DNA of 64,000 bases, taken from an uncultured Eubacteriales bacterium. GTDB taxonomy: Bacteria > Acidobacteriota > Aminicenantia > Aminicenantales > Aminicenantaceae. Position 1 is the stretch's first letter; each line of letters starts with the position of its first letter. The notes below the pieces were generated by a model. That model was not told the DNA's origin, ran no database searches, and saw only the letters and a program-made list of their open reading frames with translations. The stretch spans positions 99,186 through 163,185 of the forward strand of contig CAZDJZ010000003.1 of assembly GCA_964505785.1 (NCBI GenBank), written 5' to 3'. A program made the position numbers and the translations under genes. This document shows positions 18,797 to 28,532 of this stretch, piece after piece.

Positions 18797-19204
18797 ATGA
18801 ATCATCTTATTATAAGTGTGCTATCGACATGGACGGTGGTTAATATCCTGAAGCCGATCATCATCTTGATAAAAGAAGGCCGGATCAACCGGGACACGGT
18901 CATCCGTAACGGCGGCATGCCTTCAGGACATACAGCCTTGGTTTCCTCTCTGAGTATGGCTCTCTTTCTGGAGACAGGATTGTCAGCCTTGTTTCTAATC
19001 GCTGTGGTTCTCACTTTTGTCGTAATATATGACGCGGTGAGCATCCGGATGATCATCGAGCGGCAATCCAAAATCATCAATCAACTGACACAAAACAAAA
19101 AAGACTTCCCCCGCTTGGTGGAAAGTGTGGGGCATACCCCATTGGAAGTTGGGGTAAGCCTGGTTTTAAGTGTGATTATCCCCTGGATCGTCTACCATAT
19201 ATGA
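18797..19204 (+). CDS. divergent PAP2 / DUF212 family membrane protein
   Basis: GGMPSGHTA and VGHTPLEV motifs, 135 aa, hydrophobic. Confidence 0.75.
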   Translation: MNHLIISVLSTWTVVNILKPIIILIKEGRINRDTVIRNGGMPSGHTALVSSLSMALFLETGLSALFLIAVVLTFVVIYDAVSIRMIIERQSKIINQLTQNKKDFPRLVESVGHTPLEVGVSLVLSVIIPWIVYHI

Positions 19205-19219
19205 TATTTTTCTGACAGT

Positions 19220-20194
19220 TTATTCGTCACTGATTTTTTTCAATTCCGTTTTTAAATGCGGAATCACCTCAAACAGGTCTCCAACCACCCCGAAATCAGC
19301 GACTTTGAATATCGGGGCTTCCGGGTCTTTATTGACCGCCACGATAAATTTGGACGAAGACATTCCGGCCAGATGCTGGATCGCTCCTGAGATACCGAAA
19401 GCCATATATAAATTCGGAGAAACGGTCTTTCCCGTCTGCCCAACCTGGTGCTGATGGTCGACCCATCCGGAATCCACTGCAGAGCGGGAACTTCCCATTG
19501 CGGCATGCGGAAGCACTTGGATTAAATCACGAAGCAGATCGAAATTCTCAGGTCCTTTCATTCCCCGTCCTCCTGAGACGATGATTTCCGCTTCAGTAAT
19601 ATCTAATTCCGATCCCTCTTCATGGGAAACGTCGGTGACCGGATCTTTAACCTGATTCTCAGAAAGGGCGTATTCTTTTTTTATGGCGGTCCCTTCGGTC
19701 TTTGACTCTTCCAAAGGAAAAACATTAGGCCGCAGACTGGCAATGGCCAAGGGGGATGTAAAGCCGAACGTCGCCAGGGCCTTACCGGCAAAAACAGGAC
19801 GCGTAACCTGAAGTTTTCCATCCGCGGCCGAAGTCGCGATGCAGTCTGAAGCCAGGCCGGATTCCATCAAACCGGCGAAACACGGCGCTAAATCGCGCCC
19901 CATGGATGTTGCGGGAAAAAAGACGGCAGCGGGTTTGATTTCTTCTGTTAATTGTTTCAAGCCCTCGGCATACGCAGACGAAGAATAACGGCTCAGTAAA
20001 GGATTATCAATGAGGTAAACCTTATCCGCCCCATATGTAAAAGCCTGGCCGGCTAATTCATCCAATTCGTGCCCGGCTAGAACAGCCGCGGTTTCCATAT
20101 TCAAATCCAGGCTGCGGCGTTTGGCTTCACTGAGTATTTCCCAAGACGATTTTTTTATTTTATTATCTCTGACTTCCAAGAACGTGAGTATCAT
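19220..20194 (-). CDS. etfA: electron transfer flavoprotein alpha subunit
   Basis: C-terminal FAD-binding signature LYMAFGISGAIQHLAGM. 324 aa. Directly follows etfB. Confidence 0.9.
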   Translation of the reverse strand: MILTFLEVRDNKIKKSSWEILSEAKRRSLDLNMETAAVLAGHELDELAGQAFTYGADKVYLIDNPLLSRYSSSAYAEGLKQLTEEIKPAAVFFPATSMGRDLAPCFAGLMESGLASDCIATSAADGKLQVTRPVFAGKALATFGFTSPLAIASLRPNVFPLEESKTEGTAIKKEYALSENQVKDPVTDVSHEEGSELDITEAEIIVSGGRGMKGPENFDLLRDLIQVLPHAAMGSSRSAVDSGWVDHQHQVGQTGKTVSPNLYMAFGISGAIQHLAGMSSSKFIVAVNKDPEAPIFKVADFGVVGDLFEVIPHLKTELKKISDE

Positions 20195-20205
20195 TTTGCC
20201 TCCTC

Positions 20206-20988
20206 CTATATTATTTTAGCCTCATCATGAAGAAATTGAACCAGTTGGCGGGCTGCTTCCTTGGGTTCTTCTTCTATCTTTTTGCCGGCTTCCCTCTCGG
20301 GAGGAGATTCCATTTTTATCAATTCCAAAGCCGGTTTCAAATCCGCCGGATTCAAACCCAGGTCTTCCAAGGTTACTGCAGGAACCTGTTTCCGTTTAGC
20401 CATCATAATTCCCTTTAATGTTTCATACCGCGGCTCATTCAATCCCTTTTGTGCACTGATGACCGCCGGCAGGGTAAATTCAATCTTTTCCGCCGCACCT
20501 TCAATTTCCCGCCGTGCTGTGCCTTTGCGTCCGTTCCATTCCAGTTTCGTAACCACGCTGACCTGGGGAAGATCCATCATCGCGGCAACCATTCCAGGAA
20601 CTTGGGCATTATCATCTCCAATAGACTGTTTCCCGAATAACAGCAGGTCATATTCCTGATATTTTGTTTTCAATGCCTGCGTAATGATGCGTGCGATCCT
20701 TAACCCGTCATATTGTTCGGGGGTTTCGTCCTTAATAAGAACGGCCTCATCCACTCCCATTGCCAGCGCTTTCTTGAGGGTGGAAACGGTCTCATCCGGC
20801 CCGATGGAAAAGGCGGTTATTGTCCCGCCCTGGGCTTCCTTAATCTGAAGGGCTTCTTCCACGGCGAACTCGTCATAAGGATTGAGTATATAATTCAAAT
20901 CATCGTCCTTGATCCGGTTTTCTCCTTGGTCAATAAGAATTTTGGATTCTGAATCAGGAACTCTTTTTACAAAAACATAAATATTCAC
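20206..20988 (-). CDS. etfB: electron transfer flavoprotein beta subunit
   Basis: The N-terminus (V)NIYVFVKRVPDSE is typical of EtfB. The GTG at 20988 is preceded by GAGGAGG; the track start at 21015 is less likely. Confidence 0.9.
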   Translation of the reverse strand: MNIYVFVKRVPDSESKILIDQGENRIKDDDLNYILNPYDEFAVEEALQIKEAQGGTITAFSIGPDETVSTLKKALAMGVDEAVLIKDETPEQYDGLRIARIITQALKTKYQEYDLLLFGKQSIGDDNAQVPGMVAAMMDLPQVSVVTKLEWNGRKGTARREIEGAAEKIEFTLPAVISAQKGLNEPRYETLKGIMMAKRKQVPAVTLEDLGLNPADLKPALELIKMESPPEREAGKKIEEEPKEAARQLVQFLHDEAKII

Positions 20989-21080
20989 GCCAAACCTCCT
21001 CTTTACCGGCACCACCGCCAGGAGTCATCTTGACTCGCTGGCAATCCGGAGCGCTGTTGGATTAAAAATTATATGCTTGA

Positions 21081-21109
21081 ATGATATAAAAGCGAGGGAA
21101 AAAGGTCAA
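21081..21109 (-). promoter_or_regulatory. candidate sigma-70 promoter for etfBA
   Basis: On the minus strand: TTGACC (21109-21104), a 17-nt spacer, then TATCAT (21086-21081). This leaves a ~90-nt leader before the GTG at 20988. Confidence 0.35.
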
Positions 21110-21259
21110 ATCGATTCCTGTGACTATTTATCCAGCCTGCCTCACGGACGGGGGAAATTGTGCAGCCGCCGAAAACCCCGACGAAAAACGATAATAAAAA
21201 TCTGAATGGAGCAAAAGCCGGACGTGAATGTCACATATGAATTAAGGAATGAATTTTCA

Positions 21260-22534
21260 TTACTGATCGAAGCGCTTGAGAACAAGACAGCCGTTTGTTC
21301 CTCCGAAACCGAAAGAATTGGACAAGGCGTAAACGATTTCCGCCGGACGCATTTTATTCGGAACGTAATCCAAGTCGCACTCCGGATCAGGATTTTCATA
21401 ATTCATGGTCGGAGGAATGATTTGATTCCTTAAAGCCAGGGCTGTGATCCCGGTTTCCAATCCGCCTGCTGCACCCAACAGATGTCCACTCATCGATTTG
21501 GTCGAATTCACGGCCAGTTTCGGTGCATATTCTTGAAATACCCGTTTTATGGCAAGAGTTTCAATCTTATCATTCCAGGGGGTGGAAGTCCCATGGGCAT
21601 TGATATACTGCACTTGCTCCGGAACCACCCCTGCATCCGCCAGGGCATTCTTCATCACACGGCAAGCGCCGTCTCCGTCAGGACAGGGCGCCGAAACATG
21701 ATAGGCATCACCGTTCATGAAATATCCGATAATCTCCGCATAGATAGGCGCGTTCCGGCGCAGCGCCGATCCAAGTTCCTCAAGAAGAAGAACTCCGGCG
21801 CCTTCGCTTACGATAAACCCGTCTCTCTCTTTGTCAAATGGCCGGGACGCTTTCTCCGGAGCATCATTCCGGGTGGATAAAGCCCGCATGGCGCAGAAAC
21901 CAGCCACTCCAAGCGGGGTAACCGGAGCTTCCGCGCCGCCTGCCAGCATCCTGTCGGCGTCCCCCCGTGCAATGATACGGTACGAATCTCCTATGGAATG
22001 TGTTCCCGTGGTACAAGCTGTGGCATTCGCCATATTAGGGCCGCTCGACTTTGTCCGAATGGAAATTTGTCCGGAAGCTTCATTGATGATGGTAGAAACC
22101 AGGAAAAAAGGGGAAACCCTTCCCGGGCCTTTTTGGAGCAATGTTCTCACGGTGTCTTCGATTCCGCCGATTCCGCCGATTCCGGAACCGACATAGACAC
22201 CGGTCCGTTCCCCTTCCAGCAAAGACCGGTCAATTTGCGCATCCTGAACTGCATATTCCGCAGCGGCAACGGCATATTGGATAAACGGGTCCATTTTCCG
22301 GGCTTCTTTTTTTTCAATAAAATCTTCCGCATTAAAATCCTTGATTTCTCCGGCGATTTTACTGGCGAATCCTTCCGTGTCAAAACGGGAAATCAGACCA
22401 ATCCCCGATTTCCCGTTTTGCACGGCATCCCAATTGGCCGAAACCCCTAATCCCAGGGGCGACACCAATCCTATTCCGGTTATAACAACGCGGCGCTGCA
22501 GAATTCGTCTTTCTGATCTTGCAGATTGATCCAT
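21260..22534 (-). CDS. fabF: 3-oxoacyl-ACP synthase II
   Basis: Active-site NATACTTGTHSIG, INAHGTSTPWND and SMSGHLLGAAG. 424 aa. Confidence 0.95.
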   Translation of the reverse strand: MDQSARSERRILQRRVVITGIGLVSPLGLGVSANWDAVQNGKSGIGLISRFDTEGFASKIAGEIKDFNAEDFIEKKEARKMDPFIQYAVAAAEYAVQDAQIDRSLLEGERTGVYVGSGIGGIGGIEDTVRTLLQKGPGRVSPFFLVSTIINEASGQISIRTKSSGPNMANATACTTGTHSIGDSYRIIARGDADRMLAGGAEAPVTPLGVAGFCAMRALSTRNDAPEKASRPFDKERDGFIVSEGAGVLLLEELGSALRRNAPIYAEIIGYFMNGDAYHVSAPCPDGDGACRVMKNALADAGVVPEQVQYINAHGTSTPWNDKIETLAIKRVFQEYAPKLAVNSTKSMSGHLLGAAGGLETGITALALRNQIIPPTMNYENPDPECDLDYVPNKMRPAEIVYALSNSFGFGGTNGCLVLKRFDQ

Positions 22535-22554
22535 CTGTTTGATTGAGGTGAGGT

Positions 22555-22800
22555 TCAGCTGATATTTTCCATAACATAATCCATGGCTTTGCCCACAGTG
22601 GTCAACTTTTCAGCTTCTTCATCCGGAATGTCCAGATCAAATTCATCTTCCAGAGCCATGACTAATTCAACTGTGTCCAAGGAATCCGCTCCAAGGTCAT
22701 CAATAAAAGACGCGTCTTCGGTAACCTGATCTTCACTGATACTCAATTTGTCCGAAACAATAGTTTTGATTTTTTTCAGAAGTTCATCTCTCTCCATCAT
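22555..22800 (-). CDS. acpP: acyl carrier protein
   Basis: [16 protein letters not shown] phosphopantetheine site. 81 aa. Confidence 0.95.
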   Translation of the reverse strand: MMERDELLKKIKTIVSDKLSISEDQVTEDASFIDDLGADSLDTVELVMALEDEFDLDIPDEEAEKLTTVGKAMDYVMENIS

Positions 22801-22830
22801 TTCCTCCTGTTATATTTTATTTCAAATCAC

Positions 22831-23574
22831 TTACATATACATTCCGCCGTTGATTCCAACTACCTGGCCGGTCACATAAGCCGCTTCGTCCGATAAAAGA
22901 AATTGAATAACAGATGCCACCTCTTCCGGCTTGCCGAATCTTTTCATGGGAATGATCTGAATAAAATCATTCTTCACTGATTCCGGAAGATTTTGAGTCA
23001 TATCGGTCGCGATGTATCCGGGAGCTACCGCATTTACAGTTATCCCCCGGGAAGCCACTTCTCTGGCCAGGGATTTCGTAAAACCGATGACCCCGGCTTT
23101 GGAAGCGGAATAATTGGCTTGACCGGCATTTCCCATCTGGCCGACAACGGAAGAGACATTAACGATCCGTCCGTAACGGTTCCCAGCCAAATGCCGGATA
23201 AGAGCCTTTGTCAAATTAAAGACACCTTTCAAATTGACACTCAGCACCTTATCCCAATCTTCTTCTTTCATTCGCATCAATAACCCGTCACGGGTAATCC
23301 CGGCATTATTAACCAAACCGTGAATAGTCTCGTGCCGGCTGATCATTTGTTTCAGCATATCCGTAACCTGATCCATACGCGAAACATCGGCTTCATATGC
23401 TGCAGCTTTTCCGTTCCTGCCGTTGATTTCGTCCGCAACTTTATCCAGTTTTTCTTTTTGAATGTCTACCAGGAGAATTTGCGCCTTCCGTTCCGCCAAA
23501 GCCAAGGCCGCGGATTTCCCGATTCCCTGAGATGCACCGGTAATGATATATGTCTTGTCTTTAAAATCCATCAA
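22831..23574 (-). CDS. fabG: 3-oxoacyl-ACP reductase
   Basis: SDR motifs ITGASQGIGKS and NYSASKAGV. 247 aa. Lies immediately upstream of acpP. Confidence 0.9.
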   Translation of the reverse strand: MMDFKDKTYIITGASQGIGKSAALALAERKAQILLVDIQKEKLDKVADEINGRNGKAAAYEADVSRMDQVTDMLKQMISRHETIHGLVNNAGITRDGLLMRMKEEDWDKVLSVNLKGVFNLTKALIRHLAGNRYGRIVNVSSVVGQMGNAGQANYSASKAGVIGFTKSLAREVASRGITVNAVAPGYIATDMTQNLPESVKNDFIQIIPMKRFGKPEEVASVIQFLLSDEAAYVTGQVVGINGGMYM

Positions 23575-24596
23575 GCTTTTGCTCCATTCAGGGCTTCCGG
23601 GCTCCGCTCCAATCTTTTTTTAATATTTTCCTGGACCTTACCTTTAACATAATCCTGAGCCAGCCGTATGGCATTTTTGACCGCAACCGGGTTAGACCTT
23701 CCGTGCCCTACGATACAAACCCCGTTTATTCCCAAAAGATGGGCGCCTCCGTATTCAGAGTAATCCACTCTCTTGTACAATTTTTTCAAATGGCGTTTCA
23801 TCAGCAGAAAACCAAGTTTGACGAAAATGTTTTTCATCATCTCGTTTTTCACCATATTGGCAAAGGTCTCAATCACGCCTTCACTGGTTTTTAGAGCGAT
23901 ATTCCCAGTAAAACCATCTGTGACGATGACATCCGCTTTCCCGGAATAAATATCTTTGCCCTCGATGTTGCCCACAAAATTCAGAGAAGAAGCCGTCAGC
24001 CGTTCATAAACCTCTTTTGTCAAATTATTGCCTTTAATATCTTCCTCTCCAATACTCATCAATGCAATCCGCGGCCGCTTGATTCCCAGCACACTTTCCA
24101 TGAAAATCTCACCCATAACCGCGAACTGCTCCAAATGTTCAGGTGTACAGTTAACATTCGCCCCTACATCTGTAAGGAGAGTCAGCCCCTTCAGCGTTGG
24201 AACAAGGAGGGCCAGCGCCGGGCGCTCAACTCCCTCAAGTGCTCCCAGAACTTTTTTGGATATGTATACAACCGCGCCGGTATTTCCCATACTGACAAAC
24301 GCATCGGCCTGCTTATCTTTGACTAATTGTGTTCCGACAAGGATGGAGGACCGTTTTTTTCTGCGGAAGGATAAGAGGCCTTCACTCATACCGATCGATT
24401 CAGCGGCATTGACAACATCAACCCGGGCTTCTTTCCGGTCTTGAGCTGCGAGCTCCTTTAGGATGAGTTCTTCTACGCCTACCAATAAGATTTCAATATC
24501 GAATTCGCGGGCGGCGCTTAAAGCTCCGGCGACAGAAACAACCGGGCCGTAATCCCCTCCCATAGCATCGACCGCGATCTTCATTCTTTCTTCCAA
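23571..24596 (-). CDS. plsX: phosphate acyltransferase PlsX
   Basis: IAVDAMGGDYGP at the N-terminus. 341 aa. Canonical rpmF-plsX linkage. Confidence 0.9.
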   Translation of the reverse strand: MEERMKIAVDAMGGDYGPVVSVAGALSAAREFDIEILLVGVEELILKELAAQDRKEARVDVVNAAESIGMSEGLLSFRRKKRSSILVGTQLVKDKQADAFVSMGNTGAVVYISKKVLGALEGVERPALALLVPTLKGLTLLTDVGANVNCTPEHLEQFAVMGEIFMESVLGIKRPRIALMSIGEEDIKGNNLTKEVYERLTASSLNFVGNIEGKDIYSGKADVIVTDGFTGNIALKTSEGVIETFANMVKNEMMKNIFVKLGFLLMKRHLKKLYKRVDYSEYGGAHLLGINGVCIVGHGRSNPVAVKNAIRLAQDYVKGKVQENIKKRLERSPEALNGAKA

Positions 24597-24779
24597 TCAG
24601 TCTTCCGCACCCTCAATGACCTGCCTGTCCTTGTAATAACCGCATTCAGGGCAAGCCCGGTGGGGGAGCTTGGGATGACCGCAATTGGAGCACAAAGAAA
24701 GAGAAGGAACGTCTAACGCCTGGTGAGCCCGTCTCTTGTTTTTTCTTGAATGTGAATGTCTTCTCTTTGGATTAGCCAT
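24597..24779 (-). CDS. rpmF: 50S ribosomal protein L32
   Basis: MANPKRRHSHSRKNKRRAH plus zinc ribbon CSNCGHPKLPHRACPECGYY. 60 aa. Confidence 0.9.
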   Translation of the reverse strand: MANPKRRHSHSRKNKRRAHQALDVPSLSLCSNCGHPKLPHRACPECGYYKDRQVIEGAED

Positions 24780-24780
24780 T

Positions 24781-25299
24781 TTATCTTTTATCTTTCAAAA
24801 AATTTTTTAATTTTTCCAGCCGCGGGTCCGAGTGGGTGACCGAGCAGGTACAATGTCCTTCGTCTATAATCTGACCGCAAACAGGACAAATTCCCTGGCA
24901 GTCATCCGAACAAAGCGGGCGGACAGGAAAAGTCAAGTTCAATTGTTCCAGCACGACATCTTTTAAATCAATTTTCCGGCTGTAATAGTATTGTCTGGTT
25001 AAATCTTTCTCTTCCAGTTGTTCTTTCGCTTCCTCCAGTTCTTCCGGAAGGTAAACCAGATCAAACGCCGAATTTACGCGGAATTCATAGGGAGACAGGC
25101 ACCGGCAGCAGATAAAGCTGACTTTTGTTTGAATACGGCCTGTGATCAAGAGTTCTTCACCCAGTCGTTTTACAGAAACTTCCGCCTGCACCGGTTCGAT
25201 AAAAACGGCATCCTCCTCAACCAGCTCGGAATTGAAGAACTCAAAATCCCTTTTAATAATGAGGCCTTCCTGGGGTAATCTGTCAATATCTATAATCAT
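24781..25299 (-). CDS. yceD: YceD / DUF177 family protein
   Basis: 172 aa, directly upstream of rpmF. Has the C-terminal Cys cluster CSDDCQGICPVCGQ typical of DUF177. Confidence 0.8.
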   Translation of the reverse strand: MIIDIDRLPQEGLIIKRDFEFFNSELVEEDAVFIEPVQAEVSVKRLGEELLITGRIQTKVSFICCRCLSPYEFRVNSAFDLVYLPEELEEAKEQLEEKDLTRQYYYSRKIDLKDVVLEQLNLTFPVRPLCSDDCQGICPVCGQIIDEGHCTCSVTHSDPRLEKLKNFLKDKR

Positions 25300-25346
25300 T
25301 TTATTTCTCTATCTATCTTAAAAAAAAGTTACCCTATTATAACACT

Positions 25347-25709
25347 TTGCTTTTCTTTGTCAATCAAAGGGCCGCAGATGGAAATATTCCGGAATTATAT
25401 GAAATGTTTGAATTTATAAGTAAAATAGTTATAATAAATTCATCTTTCGGGATTCACATGGCAGGACTTACAAGCACCATCTATCGTAATCAGGTTGAAT
25501 ACAATGTGCAGACAGAAGATAAAGGTCCGGGCAGTTATTATATTGAGAGTGTCATTTACCGTTCCGGCAAGGTTCTTGCCTCAAAAAAATTGGCCTATAC
25601 TTCGTTCTTAAATGATCCCGGCTTAAAGCAAAAGCTCGATTCCCTTCTTAAGAAACAGCATTCAGAGTGCGTAAGGGAAATTCAGGAAGGAAAATACAGT
25701 TCTGATTGA
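25347..25709 (+). CDS. hypothetical small protein (start uncertain; may begin at MAGLTS, 25458)
   Basis: ORF in the gap between yceD and polA. No motif recognised and no clear RBS. Confidence 0.35.
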   Translation: MLFFVNQRAADGNIPELYEMFEFISKIVIINSSFGIHMAGLTSTIYRNQVEYNVQTEDKGPGSYYIESVIYRSGKVLASKKLAYTSFLNDPGLKQKLDSLLKKQHSECVREIQEGKYSSD

Positions 25710-25765
25710 TTCCGCCTTCTAACAGCAGTCCAAAGGGAATCATGAATTATCAGTCAATTTATAAT

Positions 25766-25813
25766 CCTGGATTATTCATAAAAATATCGCGATTTATTTA
25801 TGAATAATCCAGG
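25766..25813. repeat. 48-bp palindromic mini-element made of two opposed repeat-family termini
   Basis: CCTGGATTATTCATAAA (25766-25782), a 14-nt spacer, then TTTATGAATAATCCAGG (25797-25813). The 17-bp arms are perfect. Confidence 0.85.
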
Positions 25814-25848
25814 ATATTTCAAATACGACAAGGCAGGAATAAAGAAAA

Positions 25849-28527
25849 ATGTCTAAAAAAAGATTATTTTTGATTGACGGCAATTCAATTCTTTACCGTT
25901 CTTATTACGCTATTCGGAATTTAACCAACGCTCAAGGGTTTCCTACCAATGCAATTTATGGTTTTTTATCGACATTGAGGAAAATTTTAAAAGAAGAAAA
26001 TCCCCATTACTTGGGAATTGTATTTGATACGAAGGGACCGACAACCCGGCATGAGTTATTCAAAGAGTATAAAGCCCAACGCAAACCCATGCCGGAAGAC
26101 CTGGTCCCTCAGGTTCCTAAGCTGAAGCAGATTCTTCAGGCTATGAATATCCCTCTTTATGAAAAACCAGGGTATGAAGGCGATGATCTCCTGGGCAGCT
26201 TATCCCAAAAGGCGGCAGCGCATCGTATCCCTACGGTTATCCTTACCAACGACAAAGACCTGTTCCAGCTGGTGAATGACAACATCGTGATTTACCACGT
26301 GACTAAAGACAGATATCTTGACAAGGGCGCGGTTAAAGAGGAGTTCGGCGTTGATCCGGGGCAGGTGGAGGATGTTTTAGCCTTATGGGGAGATCCCTCG
26401 GATAATATTCCCGGTGTGCGGGGGGTGGGGGAAAAAACAGCAAAAAAATTGATTCAAAAGTATGGTTCATTAGATTCTCTGCTTGAAAATCTGGAAAAAG
26501 TTAAAAACGCCCGTGCAAAAAACAATATCATCCGGCAACTGGATCAGCTGGCTTTAAGTCGGCAGCTTGTGAATATCGCACGGGATCTTCCTCTGGATTT
26601 CAAACTGGAGGATTTCGAAATTTCAGAACCCGACTATGAGCTGCTCTTGCCGCTTCTTCAGGAAATGGATTTTACCTCGCTCTTATCCGAATACCTGGAG
26701 AAAAAAGGCTCCGGCCAAAAAAAAAAATACCAGCTGATTCTGGATGAAAAAGACCTGAACTGTCTGATTGCAGACATTAAACAGGCCGGCCGCGTATCTG
26801 TAGATACGGAAACGGACAGCCTCTTCCCTACCCGTGCCCGATTGGTCGGCATGTCTTTTTCTGTTCAGCCTCATGCTGCCTGGTATCTTCCCCTGCGGCA
26901 TGATTATCTAGGTGCTCCCCGTCAAATCCCGGTAGACACGGCTCTCTCGCGCCTTAATACGGTTCTGTCCAATCCGGAGATAAAAAAAATCGGTCAAAAT
27001 ATTAAATATGACTCCATTGTTCTCAGACGTGAAAAAATTTTGCTTGCCGGCATTGAACTTGACTCCATGGTGCTGTCCTATTTAGCGGACCCGAACCGGG
27101 GCAAGCACAACCTGGATTCCCTTGCCATAGAACTTCTAAATGTCAAACCAATATCTTACAAGGAAGTCGCCGGTACCGGGAAAAGCGCCCGCACCATGAA
27201 TGCCATTGATATCGAAGAAGTCGGTCCGTATGCATGTGAAGACGCTGACTATGCTCTTCAGCTCAGTGAACGGCTGTGGACCCGTGTCCAAAAGGACAAC
27301 CTGGCTCCGCTTTACCATCAGATCGAAAAACCGTTGATACGCGTTTTGGCGGACATGGAAGTTTGGGGGATTAAGATTCACCCTGAGAGCCTTAACAGAT
27401 TATCCTGCGAATTGGAACAGAACATGAAAGTCCTGGAGGAAAAAATTCATGACAACGCCGGGGAAACCTTCAACATCAATTCACCTCAGCAGTTATCCCG
27501 GATCTTATTTGAAAAATTAAAACTGCCGGCCTCAAAAAAAACTCAAAAAACCGGCAGTTATTCCACCGGATTCAGTGTCCTTAATGATCTTGCGGAATCC
27601 TACCCCATCGCCAGCTTCACCCTTGAATACCGTCAGCTCGCTAAGCTGAAATCAGGATACGCCGACACCCTTCCTTTACTCATCAACCCGGAAACCGGAC
27701 GCGTCCACACCTCTTACAACCAGACTGTAGCCGCCACCGGACGCTTATCCAGCAGCGACCCGAATCTGCAGAACATCCCTGCCCGCGGAGAATGGGGCCG
27801 GCGCTTCCGGTCGGCGTTCATTCCTGAAAAGGGACATCTGTTCCTCTGCGCCGACTACTCTCAAATCGAACTCCGCATTCTGGCCCATCTATCCGGGGAC
27901 ACGCGCTTGATCGAAACTTTCCGGCAGAGGCGGGATATTCACCTGGAAACAGCGATACAGGTTTTCGGTGAAAGGTCTGATCTCAGCCCGAATGAAGCCA
28001 GGCGGCGGGCCAAAATCATCAACTTCAGCATTATCTACGGAACATCTGCCTTTTCTTTGGCGAAAGAATTGGGGACCAGCACAGGGGAGGCCCAAAATTT
28101 TATCGACCGCTATTTTGAAAAACACCACGGAGTCCGGGATTATTTGGATGCCTGCGTTGAATCTGCACAGGAGAAGGGATATTCCGAAACCATGCTGGGG
28201 CGGCGCAGGGCGATTCCCGAATTGCAGCAATCAAATAAAATGGTGCAGCAGGCGGGGCGCCGGATTGCCCTTAACACCCCAATCCAAGGAACCGCCGCCG
28301 ATCTGATCAAAACCGCCATGATCCAGATATGGAAGGATATCCGGGCGCAAAATCTCTCCACCCGAATGGTTCTTCAGGTGCATGACGAATTGGTCTTTGA
28401 AGTGCCCGACGCAGAAAAGGACAAAGCGGAAGCTCTGGTCAAAAAGCGGATGGAACATGTGTATGACTTGACTGTGCCGCTCGACGTCCACCTGGGGTGG
28501 GGAGTCAACTGGTGGGAAGCCAAATGA
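25849..28527 (+). CDS. polA: DNA polymerase I
   Basis: 892 aa with a 5'-nuclease N-terminus, a 3'-5' exo-like middle and family-A polymerase motifs CADYSQIELRILAHLSGD and LQVHDELVFEV. Confidence 0.95.
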   Translation: MSKKRLFLIDGNSILYRSYYAIRNLTNAQGFPTNAIYGFLSTLRKILKEENPHYLGIVFDTKGPTTRHELFKEYKAQRKPMPEDLVPQVPKLKQILQAMNIPLYEKPGYEGDDLLGSLSQKAAAHRIPTVILTNDKDLFQLVNDNIVIYHVTKDRYLDKGAVKEEFGVDPGQVEDVLALWGDPSDNIPGVRGVGEKTAKKLIQKYGSLDSLLENLEKVKNARAKNNIIRQLDQLALSRQLVNIARDLPLDFKLEDFEISEPDYELLLPLLQEMDFTSLLSEYLEKKGSGQKKKYQLILDEKDLNCLIADIKQAGRVSVDTETDSLFPTRARLVGMSFSVQPHAAWYLPLRHDYLGAPRQIPVDTALSRLNTVLSNPEIKKIGQNIKYDSIVLRREKILLAGIELDSMVLSYLADPNRGKHNLDSLAIELLNVKPISYKEVAGTGKSARTMNAIDIEEVGPYACEDADYALQLSERLWTRVQKDNLAPLYHQIEKPLIRVLADMEVWGIKIHPESLNRLSCELEQNMKVLEEKIHDNAGETFNINSPQQLSRILFEKLKLPASKKTQKTGSYSTGFSVLNDLAESYPIASFTLEYRQLAKLKSGYADTLPLLINPETGRVHTSYNQTVAATGRLSSSDPNLQNIPARGEWGRRFRSAFIPEKGHLFLCADYSQIELRILAHLSGDTRLIETFRQRRDIHLETAIQVFGERSDLSPNEARRRAKIINFSIIYGTSAFSLAKELGTSTGEAQNFIDRYFEKHHGVRDYLDACVESAQEKGYSETMLGRRRAIPELQQSNKMVQQAGRRIALNTPIQGTAADLIKTAMIQIWKDIRAQNLSTRMVLQVHDELVFEVPDAEKDKAEALVKKRMEHVYDLTVPLDVHLGWGVNWWEAK

Positions 28528-28532
28528 CCCGT

